Positions 50,639 to 61,000 of a stretch of 64,000 nt of DNA are shown piece after piece; within the stretch, counting starts at the first letter, position 1; every line of letters starts with the position of its first letter. Under the pieces are notes generated by a model that ran no database searches, was not told the DNA's origin, and worked only from the letters and a program-made list of their open reading frames with translations. The DNA comes from Armatimonadota bacterium (GTDB lineage Bacteria; Armatimonadota; Fimbriimonadia; Fimbriimonadales; GBS-DC), in contig JBBIJY010000005.1 of NCBI GenBank assembly GCA_037445735.1, forward strand, positions 59,381 through 123,380, read 5' to 3'. The translations under genes were made by a program, and so were the position numbers.

Positions 50639-51018
50639 CCAATCCAGGCAATCGCTTCGATCTCGACCAGCGCTCCGCGCGGCAGCTGGGCGACCTGCAC
50701 CGTTGCGCGCGCGGGATAGGGCGGGCGGAAGTAGGTCTCGTAAACCGCGTTCATCGGCGCAAACTCGCTCAGGTCGACCATATAGATAGTGGTCTTGACG
50801 ATACTATCAAGGCTGGCGCCAAGCGCGGTCAGCACCGCCTGCAGATTCTGCAGAACCTGACGGGTCTGCGCCTCGATGCCCCCTGATACAATCTCGCCCG
50901 TGTTCGGATCGACAGGTATCTGCCCCGACAGGAACACCCAGTTGCCGACGCGCACCGCCTGCGAGTAGGGACCGATCGGCGCGGGCGCATCGGGCGACAA
51001 CACCGCCTCTTTACCCAT
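50635..51018 (-). CDS. ridA: RidA/YjgF-family enamine deaminase
   Basis: APAPIGPYSQAV, SGQIP and YPARATVQVAQLP...VEIEAIA. Confidence 0.92.
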   Translation of the reverse strand: MGKEAVLSPDAPAPIGPYSQAVRVGNWVFLSGQIPVDPNTGEIVSGGIEAQTRQVLQNLQAVLTALGASLDSIVKTTIYMVDLSEFAPMNAVYETYFRPPYPARATVQVAQLPRGALVEIEAIAWIG

Positions 51019-51074
51019 GCCTCACCTCTGCCCCGAAGTATACCCCGCACCTGTCGGGTATGCTGTTATTGAGC

Positions 51075-52061
51075 ATGGTTCTTGTCGTTGGCGGGGCGGG
51101 CTATATCGGCTCGCATATGGTGAAGCTGCTCCTGCAAAAGGGCGAGCGGGTCGTCGTGCTGGATAACTTCTCCACAGGGCATCGGCAGGCGATTGTGGGC
51201 GGAATCGTCGAAGAGGGCGACCTGAACGACCCCGAATCGCTGAACCGCGTCTTTCGGCGCCACCCGATTGAGTGCGTGATGCACTTTGCGGCGTTCATCT
51301 TCGCGGGCGAATCGATGCGCGAACCGGCGAAATATTACGCCAACAATGTGCTGGGCTGCTATCATCTGCTGGAGGCGATGCGGGCGCACGGCGTGAAGCA
51401 GATTATCTTTTCGTCCACCGCGGCGGTGTACGGCGAGCCGCAGCAGCTGCCCATCCCGGAGGAGCATCCGCTGAACCCCACGAACGCTTACGGCGAGACC
51501 AAGCGCGTGATGGAGGGCATGCTGGGCTGGTACGGTCCGGCGTATGGGATTCGCTCGATAGCCCTGCGCTACTTCAACGCGGCGGGCGCCGACCCCGACG
51601 GTCAGCTTGGCGAGGATCACCGCCCGGAGGAGCATCTGATCCCGCTGGTGCTGTTCGCCGCGATGGGCAAGCGCGACGCGATCGCCGTCTTCGGCACCGA
51701 TTACGACACGCCCGACGGCACCTGCATCCGCGACTATATCCATGTGATGGACTTATGCGAGGCGCACTATCTGGCGCTGCAGCGGTTGCGGAGCGGCGCG
51801 CCCAGCACGGTCTATAATCTCGGCAACGGCACAGGCTATTCGGTGCTGGAAGTGATTCGCACGGCGGAGCAGGTGGTGGGCAAGCCGATTCCTGTGCGGT
51901 ACGCGCCGCGGCGAGCGGGCGATCCTGCACGGCTGGTCGCTTCTGCCGAGAAGGCACGGCTCGAACTCGGCTGGCAACCCCGCTATCCCGAACTCACCAC
52001 CATGATCGAACACGCCTACCGCTGGTTCCTTCGCCATCCCGATGGATATCCAGACGGGTAG
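51075..52061 (+). CDS. galE: UDP-glucose 4-epimerase
   Basis: GGAGYIGSH, FSSTAAVYG, YGETK, LRYFNAAGA and DGTCIRDYIHV. Confidence 0.95.
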   Translation: MVLVVGGAGYIGSHMVKLLLQKGERVVVLDNFSTGHRQAIVGGIVEEGDLNDPESLNRVFRRHPIECVMHFAAFIFAGESMREPAKYYANNVLGCYHLLEAMRAHGVKQIIFSSTAAVYGEPQQLPIPEEHPLNPTNAYGETKRVMEGMLGWYGPAYGIRSIALRYFNAAGADPDGQLGEDHRPEEHLIPLVLFAAMGKRDAIAVFGTDYDTPDGTCIRDYIHVMDLCEAHYLALQRLRSGAPSTVYNLGNGTGYSVLEVIRTAEQVVGKPIPVRYAPRRAGDPARLVASAEKARLELGWQPRYPELTTMIEHAYRWFLRHPDGYPDG

Positions 52062-52070
52062 AATCGGGGC

Positions 52071-53066
52071 GTGCGTCGGATGGAGTGGCAGAGCCGTGTG
52101 GCTGGGTTTCGGTTTCGGCTGGAGGGCACGCCCGACGCGCTCCAGCCGCCCGTAGAGGATCCGCTGTACGGCTTGCGCTTCGCCTATCGGGTGAAAGGCT
52201 ATTTGCTGGAGTCGAGCCCCGCTCTGCTGATAGAGGTGCTGGCGCCTGCTCAGCCGCTCTATCCGTTCGCCGAGCGTGCCGCCCGTCTGCTCCTGCACTG
52301 CTATGAGCTGGTTCGCACGCGGCTCGGTCTGGAGCATCCCCTGCGCTACGACCGCCTGCTGCGCGTGTTCCTCTGTCAGCATGGCAGAGCAGGCGCGGAA
52401 CAGCAGCGCAACCTTATCTACCTCTATCAGGTCAGCGAACGGTTGCCGCCTATCGAATGGCTGCGTGAGCTGACCCACGAATACGGGCACTGGATTATCC
52501 CGCCCATCAACTCGTTTCGGGAGCCAGAGGCGTGGGCGAACGGCGATCTGGGCGAACGGCTATTGAGCCGATGGCTGTTGCAGGCACTCGAACGCCAGCA
52601 GCTCGATTCCAGCACTGTGATGGGCGCATCCCTTCAGGACTTGCGCGCCTATGCACGCCAGAAGATCGAGCCGCTGATCGAACGGATGGCGCGTGAGGGG
52701 CTGTCGCTGACGCGCTGGCGCTCGCGCCGACGCGACGGATATGAAGAGTACCTTGCACTCGCGCTCTACGCCGAACAGCTCTATGGTGCGGAACGGCTCA
52801 GCCGTGCGATGCTGCTGTCGGGCGGTGTGGAACCCGACGATTTTCTGAACGGCTTGCGCCAGAGCCTGCAGGAGCCAGCTCGCCTGCAGGTTCAGCTGCC
52901 GCGCAATCCCGCATGGATTCTGCTGCCAGGCGGCGTCCAGCGCTGGCGTATCCTCTCACCCATGAGTGCCCGCCTGAAGCCCGATCCCAAACGCCCCGAA
53001 TGGGCGCTCTGCACCTGCGCCGAGCGCACTCTCCAGCTCCAGCAGGTCAATCGCACGGAGGGATGA
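52071..53066 (+). CDS. Hypothetical protein with HEXXH zincin-like motif
   Basis: ELTHEYGH followed by EAWANG; sits between galE and a Gfo/Idh/MocA gene. Confidence 0.65.
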   Translation: MRRMEWQSRVAGFRFRLEGTPDALQPPVEDPLYGLRFAYRVKGYLLESSPALLIEVLAPAQPLYPFAERAARLLLHCYELVRTRLGLEHPLRYDRLLRVFLCQHGRAGAEQQRNLIYLYQVSERLPPIEWLRELTHEYGHWIIPPINSFREPEAWANGDLGERLLSRWLLQALERQQLDSSTVMGASLQDLRAYARQKIEPLIERMAREGLSLTRWRSRRRDGYEEYLALALYAEQLYGAERLSRAMLLSGGVEPDDFLNGLRQSLQEPARLQVQLPRNPAWILLPGGVQRWRILSPMSARLKPDPKRPEWALCTCAERTLQLQQVNRTEG

Positions 53067-53078
53067 ATCGGAACGCCT

Positions 53079-54125
53079 ATGGAGAGCCTTCGTTTCGCCC
53101 TGATAGGGGCAGGTGGTATCGGCAAGCATCTAACACGGCAGATTAAGCGGCTGGAGCAGGGGCTGGAGGTGCCTGAACCGCAGCGTGCGCTGCCGCACTT
53201 CCCGCCGCCAGAAGGCGTGCAGGTTCAGCTTGCAGGCGTGTATGATGAGTCGCCCGAAGCCGCCCAGACCGCCGCGAACGAGCTGGAGACCAGCGTCTAT
53301 CCCTCGTTGTCAGCATTGCTGGAGGACGAGACAGTGCAGGTGGTGATTATCGCGACGCCGCCCTTCACGCATGGCGAGCTGGCTCTGCAGAGTCTGGCGC
53401 ATGGCAAGCATGTGTTTTGCGAGAAACCGATGGCGTTGCAGGTGGAGCAGTGCGATGCGATGCTGGAGGCGTCCCGCCGTGCCCGGCGCCTGCTGATGGT
53501 CGGGCAGGTGCTGCGCCTGTTCCCCGCCTTCTGGCATTCGAATCAGCTCCTTCAGCAGGGGCGTATCGGCGCGGTGTGGGCAATCAGCGTCCGTCGCACG
53601 GGGTTCGATCTCCCGCTCTTCGGCAAGGGCTGGCGACGCGACCCCGCTCGAAGCGGCGGGCTGGTCATCGAGATGAATGTGCACGAGCTGGACTACATGC
53701 GCTGGATAGGGGGCGAGGTGCAGCAGGTATTCGCGCAGGGCATCCGCCCGATGCCCGACACCGACTCGATCCAGCACTGGCAGGGCGTGCTGCGCTTCGC
53801 CACGGGCGCGATTGGCGCCCTCGAAGCGAGCATGCTCGACACGCTCGGACGCTACACGGTGACCATCATCGGCGAGCGGGGCAGCATCGCGCACACGGGC
53901 TTTGCGGGCGAACTGCTCCTGCGCACGCACGACGGGCAGCAGGAGCGGTTTGATGCCGAATCGTTGCAGCTGCCGGACCCGTACCTGTGGGAGCTGACGG
54001 CATTTGTGCGCGCGATCGCGCTGGGCGAGCCGCTGCCGTTTGATGGCTGGGACGGTCGTCAGGCGGTTGCCCTCGCCCGCGCCTGCCTGCGCTCCATCGA
54101 GACGGGTCAGGTTGTGGCGTGCTGA
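53079..54125 (+). CDS. Gfo/Idh/MocA-family oxidoreductase
   Basis: IGAGGIG, HVFCEKPMA and SGGLVIEMNVHELD. Confidence 0.9.
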   Translation: MESLRFALIGAGGIGKHLTRQIKRLEQGLEVPEPQRALPHFPPPEGVQVQLAGVYDESPEAAQTAANELETSVYPSLSALLEDETVQVVIIATPPFTHGELALQSLAHGKHVFCEKPMALQVEQCDAMLEASRRARRLLMVGQVLRLFPAFWHSNQLLQQGRIGAVWAISVRRTGFDLPLFGKGWRRDPARSGGLVIEMNVHELDYMRWIGGEVQQVFAQGIRPMPDTDSIQHWQGVLRFATGAIGALEASMLDTLGRYTVTIIGERGSIAHTGFAGELLLRTHDGQQERFDAESLQLPDPYLWELTAFVRAIALGEPLPFDGWDGRQAVALARACLRSIETGQVVAC

Positions 54126-54129
54126 CCCC

Positions 54130-55245
54130 TCAGTTGCAGCGCCGCCCAAAGTTGAACAGCACTATCAGCAGGTCGGCGTCGTCCACAACCCCATCACCGT
54201 TCACATCGCCCTCCACATGGCAGCGTCCAGTGTCCAGCAGGAACGCCTCTACCCTCCGGGTTCTGCCGTTGTAACCTTCACCCACGATGAAACGCCCGTT
54301 CGGAGAGATAGCCTGCGCTCGTAAAAGCTCGGAGCCGCAGCCCTCTGCCAGCAGCAGGCAAGCATAGGTCACATTGAGGTCCTCCATTCCCCCGGTGGCG
54401 GTCCACCGAAAGGCACGCCACCTACTGCTGACGGAAGCCGCCCCGACCACCACTGAACCATCCGCGGAGACAGCATAAGCGGTATAAAGACCCGGATCAA
54501 AGGCGCCCAGGTCCTGCATCCCCGTAGCAGCCGTCCAGCGAAAGGCGCGAGTCTGAGCGCTGGCGTTCCATGCCGCGCCCACCACCACTGAGCCATCCGC
54601 CGAGACGCCGTAGGCAACACTGTAATTGCCTCCCAGTGTGCCCAGGTCCTGCATCCCCGTAGCAGCCGTCCAGCGAAAGGCATGAGTATGCTCGCTGGTG
54701 GTAGAAGCATTCCCCACTATCACCGCGCCGTCCGCCGAGACGCCATAAGCATAGCTAAAAGCGCCGCCGAGCGTGCCGAGATCCTGGCAGCCTGTGGCAG
54801 CCGCCCAGCGAGTGGCACGACCGTTCGCCACGCCCACCACCACCGAGCCATCCGCTGACACATCCATGCCCCGTACACAAATTAGCTGCTGCCCGCCCGA
54901 CTCGGTCCAGTGGAAGCCCTGACCATATACTTCACCAACCACCACGGTGCCATCCGATGACACGCCACGAGCAGTGCCATAGCCGATGTCGCGTATGCCT
55001 GTGCGAGCTGTCCAGTAGAAGGCATGATCAAGCTCCTGATTATAGAACACCACAGGAGCCGCTCCAACAACGACGGAGCCATCGAACGATACATCGTAGG
55101 CGATACTGCGCCTGTCCAGCACTCCGAGCCATCTCAGGCTCTGTGCGGTAAGCGGGTTCATGCCGAGACTTAATCCCAGCATCACGAAAACAACCAGCCT
55201 CTTCAGCGCGTTGAATCGCGTCTGCCTCTGCAAGCATCGTTGCAT
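54130..55245 (-). CDS. Secreted HAF-repeat protein with C-terminal dockerin-like motif
   Basis: Repeats AYGVSADGSVVVG...AFRWTAATGMQDLG; ends GDVNGDGVVDDADLLIVLFNFG; GGAGG before ATG 55245. Confidence 0.88.
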   Translation of the reverse strand: MQRCLQRQTRFNALKRLVVFVMLGLSLGMNPLTAQSLRWLGVLDRRSIAYDVSFDGSVVVGAAPVVFYNQELDHAFYWTARTGIRDIGYGTARGVSSDGTVVVGEVYGQGFHWTESGGQQLICVRGMDVSADGSVVVGVANGRATRWAAATGCQDLGTLGGAFSYAYGVSADGAVIVGNASTTSEHTHAFRWTAATGMQDLGTLGGNYSVAYGVSADGSVVVGAAWNASAQTRAFRWTAATGMQDLGAFDPGLYTAYAVSADGSVVVGAASVSSRWRAFRWTATGGMEDLNVTYACLLLAEGCGSELLRAQAISPNGRFIVGEGYNGRTRRVEAFLLDTGRCHVEGDVNGDGVVDDADLLIVLFNFGRRCN

Positions 55246-55431
55246 TGTTGACCTCCCGTATCCGAAAGGAGCGTCGCGAATCATCCATCAGGTGCGATCC
55301 GCGCAACTCCTCTCATCCTGTATTATACTCCATGGACGATCATAAAAATAGAGCGATGTGAAAGATGATGCAAACACGCTTGATACAAGTGCCCGTATTG
55401 TCTGGTGAATTTCGAACACCCATTCACCCAC

Positions 55432-55461
55432 TTGACAAAATGCCCGCAGGTGTGGTATAGT
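55432..55461 (+). promoter_or_regulatory. Sigma70 promoter for the 55502 gene
   Basis: TTGACA-18 nt-(TG)TATAGT. Confidence 0.75.
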
Positions 55462-55501
55462 GAGGGTGCTGTATAAATTCAGCGGAAGGAGGTCAAGCAC
55501 A

Positions 55502-56629
55502 ATGAGAGTCGCTTGTGTGGTAGTGGCGATGATGTTGTGTGGCGCGTGGATGAACGCGCAGGTGCCGATTAGTAACGGCATCGTCGGTGACGGCGCCCTT
55601 ACCATTCCCGTCGACAACCTCGGTGCCTGGTATGTGAACTTCAGCACAGGCGCTGGAGGCGACCTTTACGACCCGGCAGGAGCAACTTATGGACCAGGAA
55701 CCCCTACCTTCGCTGTTGGCACCTACCTGTTCAGCGGAACCAGCTACCGCGAAGCTCTGGTGGAAGAAGCGACCTGGTATCAGTTCTGGAACGACGCCTC
55801 GCTCAGTCGCACGATAACGAGTCCAGCAACAGGCTTTGACTACGCTTACGGCGATGGCATCAACGACACGGCGAAATCGAGCTTCAATGTATCCAGCGGC
55901 GATGGCGTGGTGAACCTGAGCATCAACCTGACGACGGCGGTGCGACGCACCTCGAACCCCGCCATCTCCTATGTGGTGCAGATTTATCGCATCACGAACA
56001 ACGCGAGCAACCCGATCAACCTCAAACTTTACCGCACCTGGGATATGGACCTCGTGTGGGATTTCAACTATGAGAACGACGAGGTGTGCGGGGGCACTTT
56101 TGGCGGTCAGGGCTATGCTTCACAGGGCGAGGCAGGCATCCCTGAGCTGACCTTCACCCTGAGCAGCCTGAACACGACCAGCTGCTTCGTCGCCTCCAAA
56201 CGCACCTTTAACCCCAATCCGAACGATCCTAACTGTCCAGCGATGGGCTATGGCACCGACTTCCAGGAGTGGAACGCCTACGGTGTGCCCGCCTGCTGGT
56301 GCAACTTCGTGGCTTACTTCGGGACTGGCACGGGTTGCAGCGGTGCCAGCTTTGGCGATGGGCACATCGGTGTGGAGGTGCCGGTCTCGCTGGCTGCAGG
56401 CGCGACCACCGAGGTGGTGTTCACCCAGACTTACGGCAGCGGTCAGCCCGCGCTGTGCAATCTGGCGGATGTGAACACCGATGGCGTGGTGGACGATGCT
56501 GACCTGCTGGCGGTGCTGTTCGCCTTCGGCAACAGTGCGCCGAACGCCGATGCAGACATCAACTTTGATGGGGTTATTGACGACGCCGATCTGCTGAATG
56601 TGCTGTTTGCGTTTGGCAGCTCGTGCTGA
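55502..56629 (+). CDS. Secreted Cys-containing protein with C-terminal dockerin-like duplicated motif
   Basis: GGAGG RBS and signal peptide; ADVNTDGVVDDADLLAVLFAFG...ADINFDGVIDDADLLNVLFAFG. Confidence 0.85.
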   Translation: MRVACVVVAMMLCGAWMNAQVPISNGIVGDGALTIPVDNLGAWYVNFSTGAGGDLYDPAGATYGPGTPTFAVGTYLFSGTSYREALVEEATWYQFWNDASLSRTITSPATGFDYAYGDGINDTAKSSFNVSSGDGVVNLSINLTTAVRRTSNPAISYVVQIYRITNNASNPINLKLYRTWDMDLVWDFNYENDEVCGGTFGGQGYASQGEAGIPELTFTLSSLNTTSCFVASKRTFNPNPNDPNCPAMGYGTDFQEWNAYGVPACWCNFVAYFGTGTGCSGASFGDGHIGVEVPVSLAAGATTEVVFTQTYGSGQPALCNLADVNTDGVVDDADLLAVLFAFGNSAPNADADINFDGVIDDADLLNVLFAFGSSC

Positions 56630-56635
56630 GTCGTG

Positions 56636-56792
56636 CCCTTGCACCCTTGCCCCCTCTCCCACGAGCGTGGGAGAGGGGAGTCTAATCCCTCTCCCCCTGA
56701 AGCGGGAGAGGGTACGGGTGAGGGGCTGAGTGTCTCACACCTGCGAGAAACCCCTCACCCCCAGCCCCTCTCCCCACAGGGGAGAGGGTGAG
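56636..56792. repeat. Cluster of three BoxC-like palindromes between convergent genes
   Basis: cccctctcccacgagcgtgggagagggg; ccctctccccctgaagcgggagagggtacgggtgagggg; cccctcacccccagcccctctccccacagggggagaggg. Confidence 0.85.
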
Positions 56793-56797
56793 GAGGC

Positions 56798-57646
56798 TTA
56801 CTGCCTGAAGACCACCTCCGTTTGAGCGACGGCGTTCGCTTTCGCCTCCACCTCGACGGTGCGCGTGCCCAGCTTCTCGTGGACGAACTCCAGCGTGTAT
56901 TTGCCAGGCGGGAGACCCTTGATGGTGAAGCTGCCGTCCTCGCCCGTCACGGCGAAGAAGGGGTTCGACAGCACATGGATGTAGCTGACCATCCACGGAT
57001 GCACATCACACACGGTTTTGATGCCCAGTTCAGGGTTTTTGAACACATGGCGGGTTTCTTCACCCTGCTTCGGCTGGGTGTAGTTGAAGCTGCCGTTGTT
57101 TCTGGAGGTGCCGCGTGTGTTGTGCAGCACGGGATCGCTGTTGCGGAAGATAACGGGCTGCCCCGCCATCACGGCTGCCACATGGGGAATAAACATACAC
57201 CCTTTCTGATCCAGCACCACTGGCTCAGCGGGCGGGGTGGGCTTATAATTGGCGGGTAAGCCCGCTTTCACATAGACCAGCGTCCAGCGCAGGGTGCCGT
57301 TAGGGTTCACCACCAGGTCTTCTTTGGTGGGCGGTGTGGGGTGCATGGCAGCGCACTGCAGTTCCGCGCCGAAGCTGATGGGTTCCGGCTTGGGCGGCGT
57401 GCCTTCGAACCTGACCAGCCCGAAGATGGTGGCTGTGCCATCGGTGGGGGCAGGTGGCGGCGTCGGTGCGGTTGCAGCCGGTTGACCGGTTGGCGCCGAC
57501 GGCGCCTGCGGAGCAGCAGGCTGCTGACCCTGTTGCTGCTGCTGACCGCCTCTGCAACTGGTGAACATCACGACCATCAGCGCGATTGCGCCCCAGAGGG
57601 CGACGCGCTTCGCCCAGAAATATGTCCCTCGTTCCATCCTCTTCAC
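56798..57646 (-). CDS. nos-associated lipoprotein with cupredoxin-like and carboxypeptidase-regulatory-like domains
   Basis: Lipobox FTSC, Q/P-rich linker, LDQKGCMFIPHV, NSDPVLHN, CDVHPWM and FTIKGLPPGKYTL. Confidence 0.78.
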   Translation of the reverse strand: MKRMERGTYFWAKRVALWGAIALMVVMFTSCRGGQQQQQGQQPAAPQAPSAPTGQPAATAPTPPPAPTDGTATIFGLVRFEGTPPKPEPISFGAELQCAAMHPTPPTKEDLVVNPNGTLRWTLVYVKAGLPANYKPTPPAEPVVLDQKGCMFIPHVAAVMAGQPVIFRNSDPVLHNTRGTSRNNGSFNYTQPKQGEETRHVFKNPELGIKTVCDVHPWMVSYIHVLSNPFFAVTGEDGSFTIKGLPPGKYTLEFVHEKLGTRTVEVEAKANAVAQTEVVFRQ

Positions 57647-58092
57647 CTCCTGCTCTCTGAAGGTTGTTTTTTCGGCAGGAACTCCTGCCGAATCTGCTCG
57701 AAAGTGAACACCCTGCCGTTGAGGTCGCGCGCTTTGCGCGCCGCCTGATCGCGCGTCGCAAGAGCAATCGTGCGGCTGCCCATCGGCGTCTGAAGATTGT
57801 CCGCCCGCACATAGAACGCCCGCGTGCCGTCCAGCCAGCGGTCAGGCTTTTCGAAGTCATGCACCCAGTAGCGCCGGGGCTGGATGCGTGCGCTATCCAG
57901 CACCATGCAGTTGAGGTCGTCGTATTTGCGCAGTTCGCCCTGCTCGGTTTCAACGGCGCAGGCGTAGGGCGGCTCGTTGATTATCATGCGGCAGTTCGCG
58001 CAGGCGTCCTCCCCGTAGCGAATGGTGGGCGGGCGATCCGCTGGCTGGCAGCCCGCGATCAGCACCAGTATCAGGAGCAGGTAAGCCCTCAT
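57643..58092 (-). CDS. nosL: Copper chaperone lipoprotein NosL
   Basis: Lipobox IAGC; CANCRMII, YDDLNCM, WVHDF and TPMG. It is the C-terminal part of listed ORF 57643..58467. Confidence 0.9.
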   Translation of the reverse strand: MRAYLLLILVLIAGCQPADRPPTIRYGEDACANCRMIINEPPYACAVETEQGELRKYDDLNCMVLDSARIQPRRYWVHDFEKPDRWLDGTRAFYVRADNLQTPMGSRTIALATRDQAARKARDLNGRVFTFEQIRQEFLPKKQPSESRR

Positions 58093-61000
58093 TCGATTGC
58101 CCCCCTGCGCACGAACCAGAGCAGCGCGAGCAGCAACGGAACCGCGACCCACATCAGAAGGATACCCGACAGGATGGGTAAAGTCGCGTCGCCCATCACC
58201 TCGCGCGCGTACAGCCCTGCCGAACCCAGCACCTCCAGATTGCCCTCTATCCCCTGAATCACGGCGAGCTTGAACACCTGCAGCGGGTTGAGCAGGGTCA
58301 GCCAGAGCAGGGTGGACGCCCTCAGCTGGAGCGCGATGGCTGTGCCGATCAGCCCCAGATCGCTGACGAACACCAGCATCAGCCACAGCAGGAGGGCGAT
58401 GCCGACCGCCGTCGCGCCCCGCTTCACCAGCACCGACACGAGCGTGCCCAGCGCCAGACAGCTCCATCCCAGCAGGATGGTGAGCAGGAGCTGGGTCAGG
58501 AAGGGCGCCAGGGGCAGATTCGCGCCCGCCATGTAGATGAGCAACCCGCTGCTGCCGAAGCCAATCAGGATGGCGGCGCTGAGGGTAAGCATGGCGCCGA
58601 GCAGCTTGCCCGCAAGAATCGCTGCAGGGGTGAGCGGCTGAGCCAGCAGGGTGTCGAGCGTGCGCTGATCGCGTTCGGAGGCAATGCTCAGCGCGCCCAT
58701 CAGCAGCCCCATCAGCGGCACAATCAGCAGCGATAAGTTGAGCAAGCTGGCGAAGGTACGCCCGAAGCCTGCTGAACCGCCTGCACCCGTGCCCGTCAGC
58801 CCGAACAGGGTCAACAGCAGCGACAGCAGAATAAAGACACCCATCAGCAGCACCAGCCAGCGGTTGCGGCGGGCATCGCGTATCTCTTTGCCTGCGATTA
58901 ACCCCACCACACGCCGCAGTGGGGTTGTCTCTCCTTTATGCTGGGGGTTGGGGTGGGTATCGTCAAGTGAGGAGGTCAGCGTCGCGAAGCGTCCCGATTC
59001 GGGAATCTGGCTCCAGTCGGGCGGCTCGCTGGGCGGACGCCACTCGTAGTCCAGCACCTCGATGCCTGCCTGCAGCAGTCGGCTAAGCGGCTCCACCTGC
59101 TTCGCCTCCAGCTGGCGAATCAGCAGGGCGCCGTCGAGGGCTTGTGCGTCATAACCCGCTTGCCTGAGAATCTCGATGGCGACCTGCACCTGCTGCGGGG
59201 GCACAGACAGTCGCAGGCTGCCATGCCGTTGCCAGAGCGCGACGAACTGCGCACCTGTCAGCTCCGCCACCTTGCGCCCGCGCTCCAGTACCACCACCCG
59301 ATCGGCAAGCGTGCGCACCTCGTTGAACTGGTGCGTGCAGAACAGCAGCGTTTTGCCCTGCGCTTTGAGCCGCTGCAGCAGCTGGAGCCATTCGGCGCGG
59401 GCAGCGGTGTCCAGATGGGCGGTCGGCTCATCCAGTAGCAGCACAGGCGGGTCGGACAGCAGCGCCAGCACCAGCGCGAGCTTCTGCTTCATGCCGCCCG
59501 ACAGCGCGCTCACGGGCTTGTCAGCATGCTCGCTCAAGCCCCACTCCTGAAGAAGGGCATCGGCACGCTCCGCTGAAACGCCGCGCAACTGCGCATAAAA
59601 CTGGGCGGTCTCCTGCACGCTCATATCGGGATGCAGGTGAACGAGCTGGGGCACATAGCCGACCTGCTGACGGACAGCGGTGCCCCGCTGTTTGACCGAA
59701 TAGCCCAGCACCGACGCTTCGCCCTCAAAGCGCAGCAGTCCGAGCAGGCAGCGCAGGATGGTGGTCTTGCCTGCGCCGTTCGCGCCCCAGAGCGCGACCG
59801 TCTCACCGGCGCGCACGCCGAAGCTGAGATCGTTCACCGCCACCAGCCTGCCAAATCGGCGGGTCAGATGCTCCACTCGAATCACCATTGCGGACTGCGC
59901 TGAACGGCTCGTGAACGCCATCTGGGATGGCTTCCCGGTCGCGATAGGGTGGTATTTTCCCGCTCGCGGGGTGCCCGGCGCCCGCAGGCTCAACAGAGCC
60001 AGCGCGAGCAGCCCCGCCATGAACAGCAGACCCTTCGCTCGCGCGGGCGTCGAAGGTGGACTCATCAGATGAGGCGGCTCGCCCGCCCGCACCAGCGGAC
60101 GCGCGTCCGTCACCAGCGGTTGAGGCGCAAAGAGCGGGAACAGCCGCGCCCCGAAATCGAGCGCCTGCGCCGACGGGCTGTACGCCAGCACGCGCAGCGC
60201 CGCGTTCTGCGCCGTAATCTGATCAAAAACCTTCACCGCCCGATAGGGCACATCGCCGATGCCGTCGCCGTCCGCATCATAGCCCGTGTAATCGCTCCAG
60301 AAGTTGCCTGCCCAGCCTGCACCCACCACCGAATCGGGGCGATCCATCCGCACCGTCTCGATGTTCTCCACCATCCGATTCGCCTCAAAACGGTTCGGCT
60401 TCACCGCCAGCACCAGATGGATGCCCACATCGTTGCGAACAAACCAGTTGCCCCGATAGAGACCCTCGCCGTTGTCAATAAATAGCCCTACGCGATTGTG
60501 CGCCACCAGATTCTTTTCAATCAGCAGGCGGTAGCCATCTTTAATGCCCAGCCCCATGCCGCTCGGTCCGCGCGAGTTCAGAATCTGATTCCCGCGCACC
60601 TGCACCCCCTCGCTATACATAATGTAGATGCCCACCGAGTTGCTCTCCAGCAGGTTGTTCTCCACATGGCTATTGTTGCAATACATGAAGTGGATACCGT
60701 AGCGGCTGTTGCGCACGCGGTTGTTGCGGATGGTCAGCCCCTCCGAATACCAGAAGACCAGATCGCGCCCGCCCACCACCTGATTGCCTTCGATTCGGGC
60801 ATGATGGCTATACCAGAGGCGAATCTGGTCACCGCGTCGGGCGATGGGCAACGCGTGGGAGCGTATCGTGTTGTTGCGAATCAGGGCGCGGTGCGCATTC
60901 TGCAGGTGCACCCCGAATAGCACCTGTTCCAGCCGATTGCCTTCCACGATGCAGTCGGGCGCGGAGACCTGCACGCCGCTATCCTGGGCGCTGAGCGTGG

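Noticed and set aside
56636-56792. Possible CRISPR array
   Set aside because: Units are non-identical and in mixed orientation, there are no regular spacers, and no cas genes are present.
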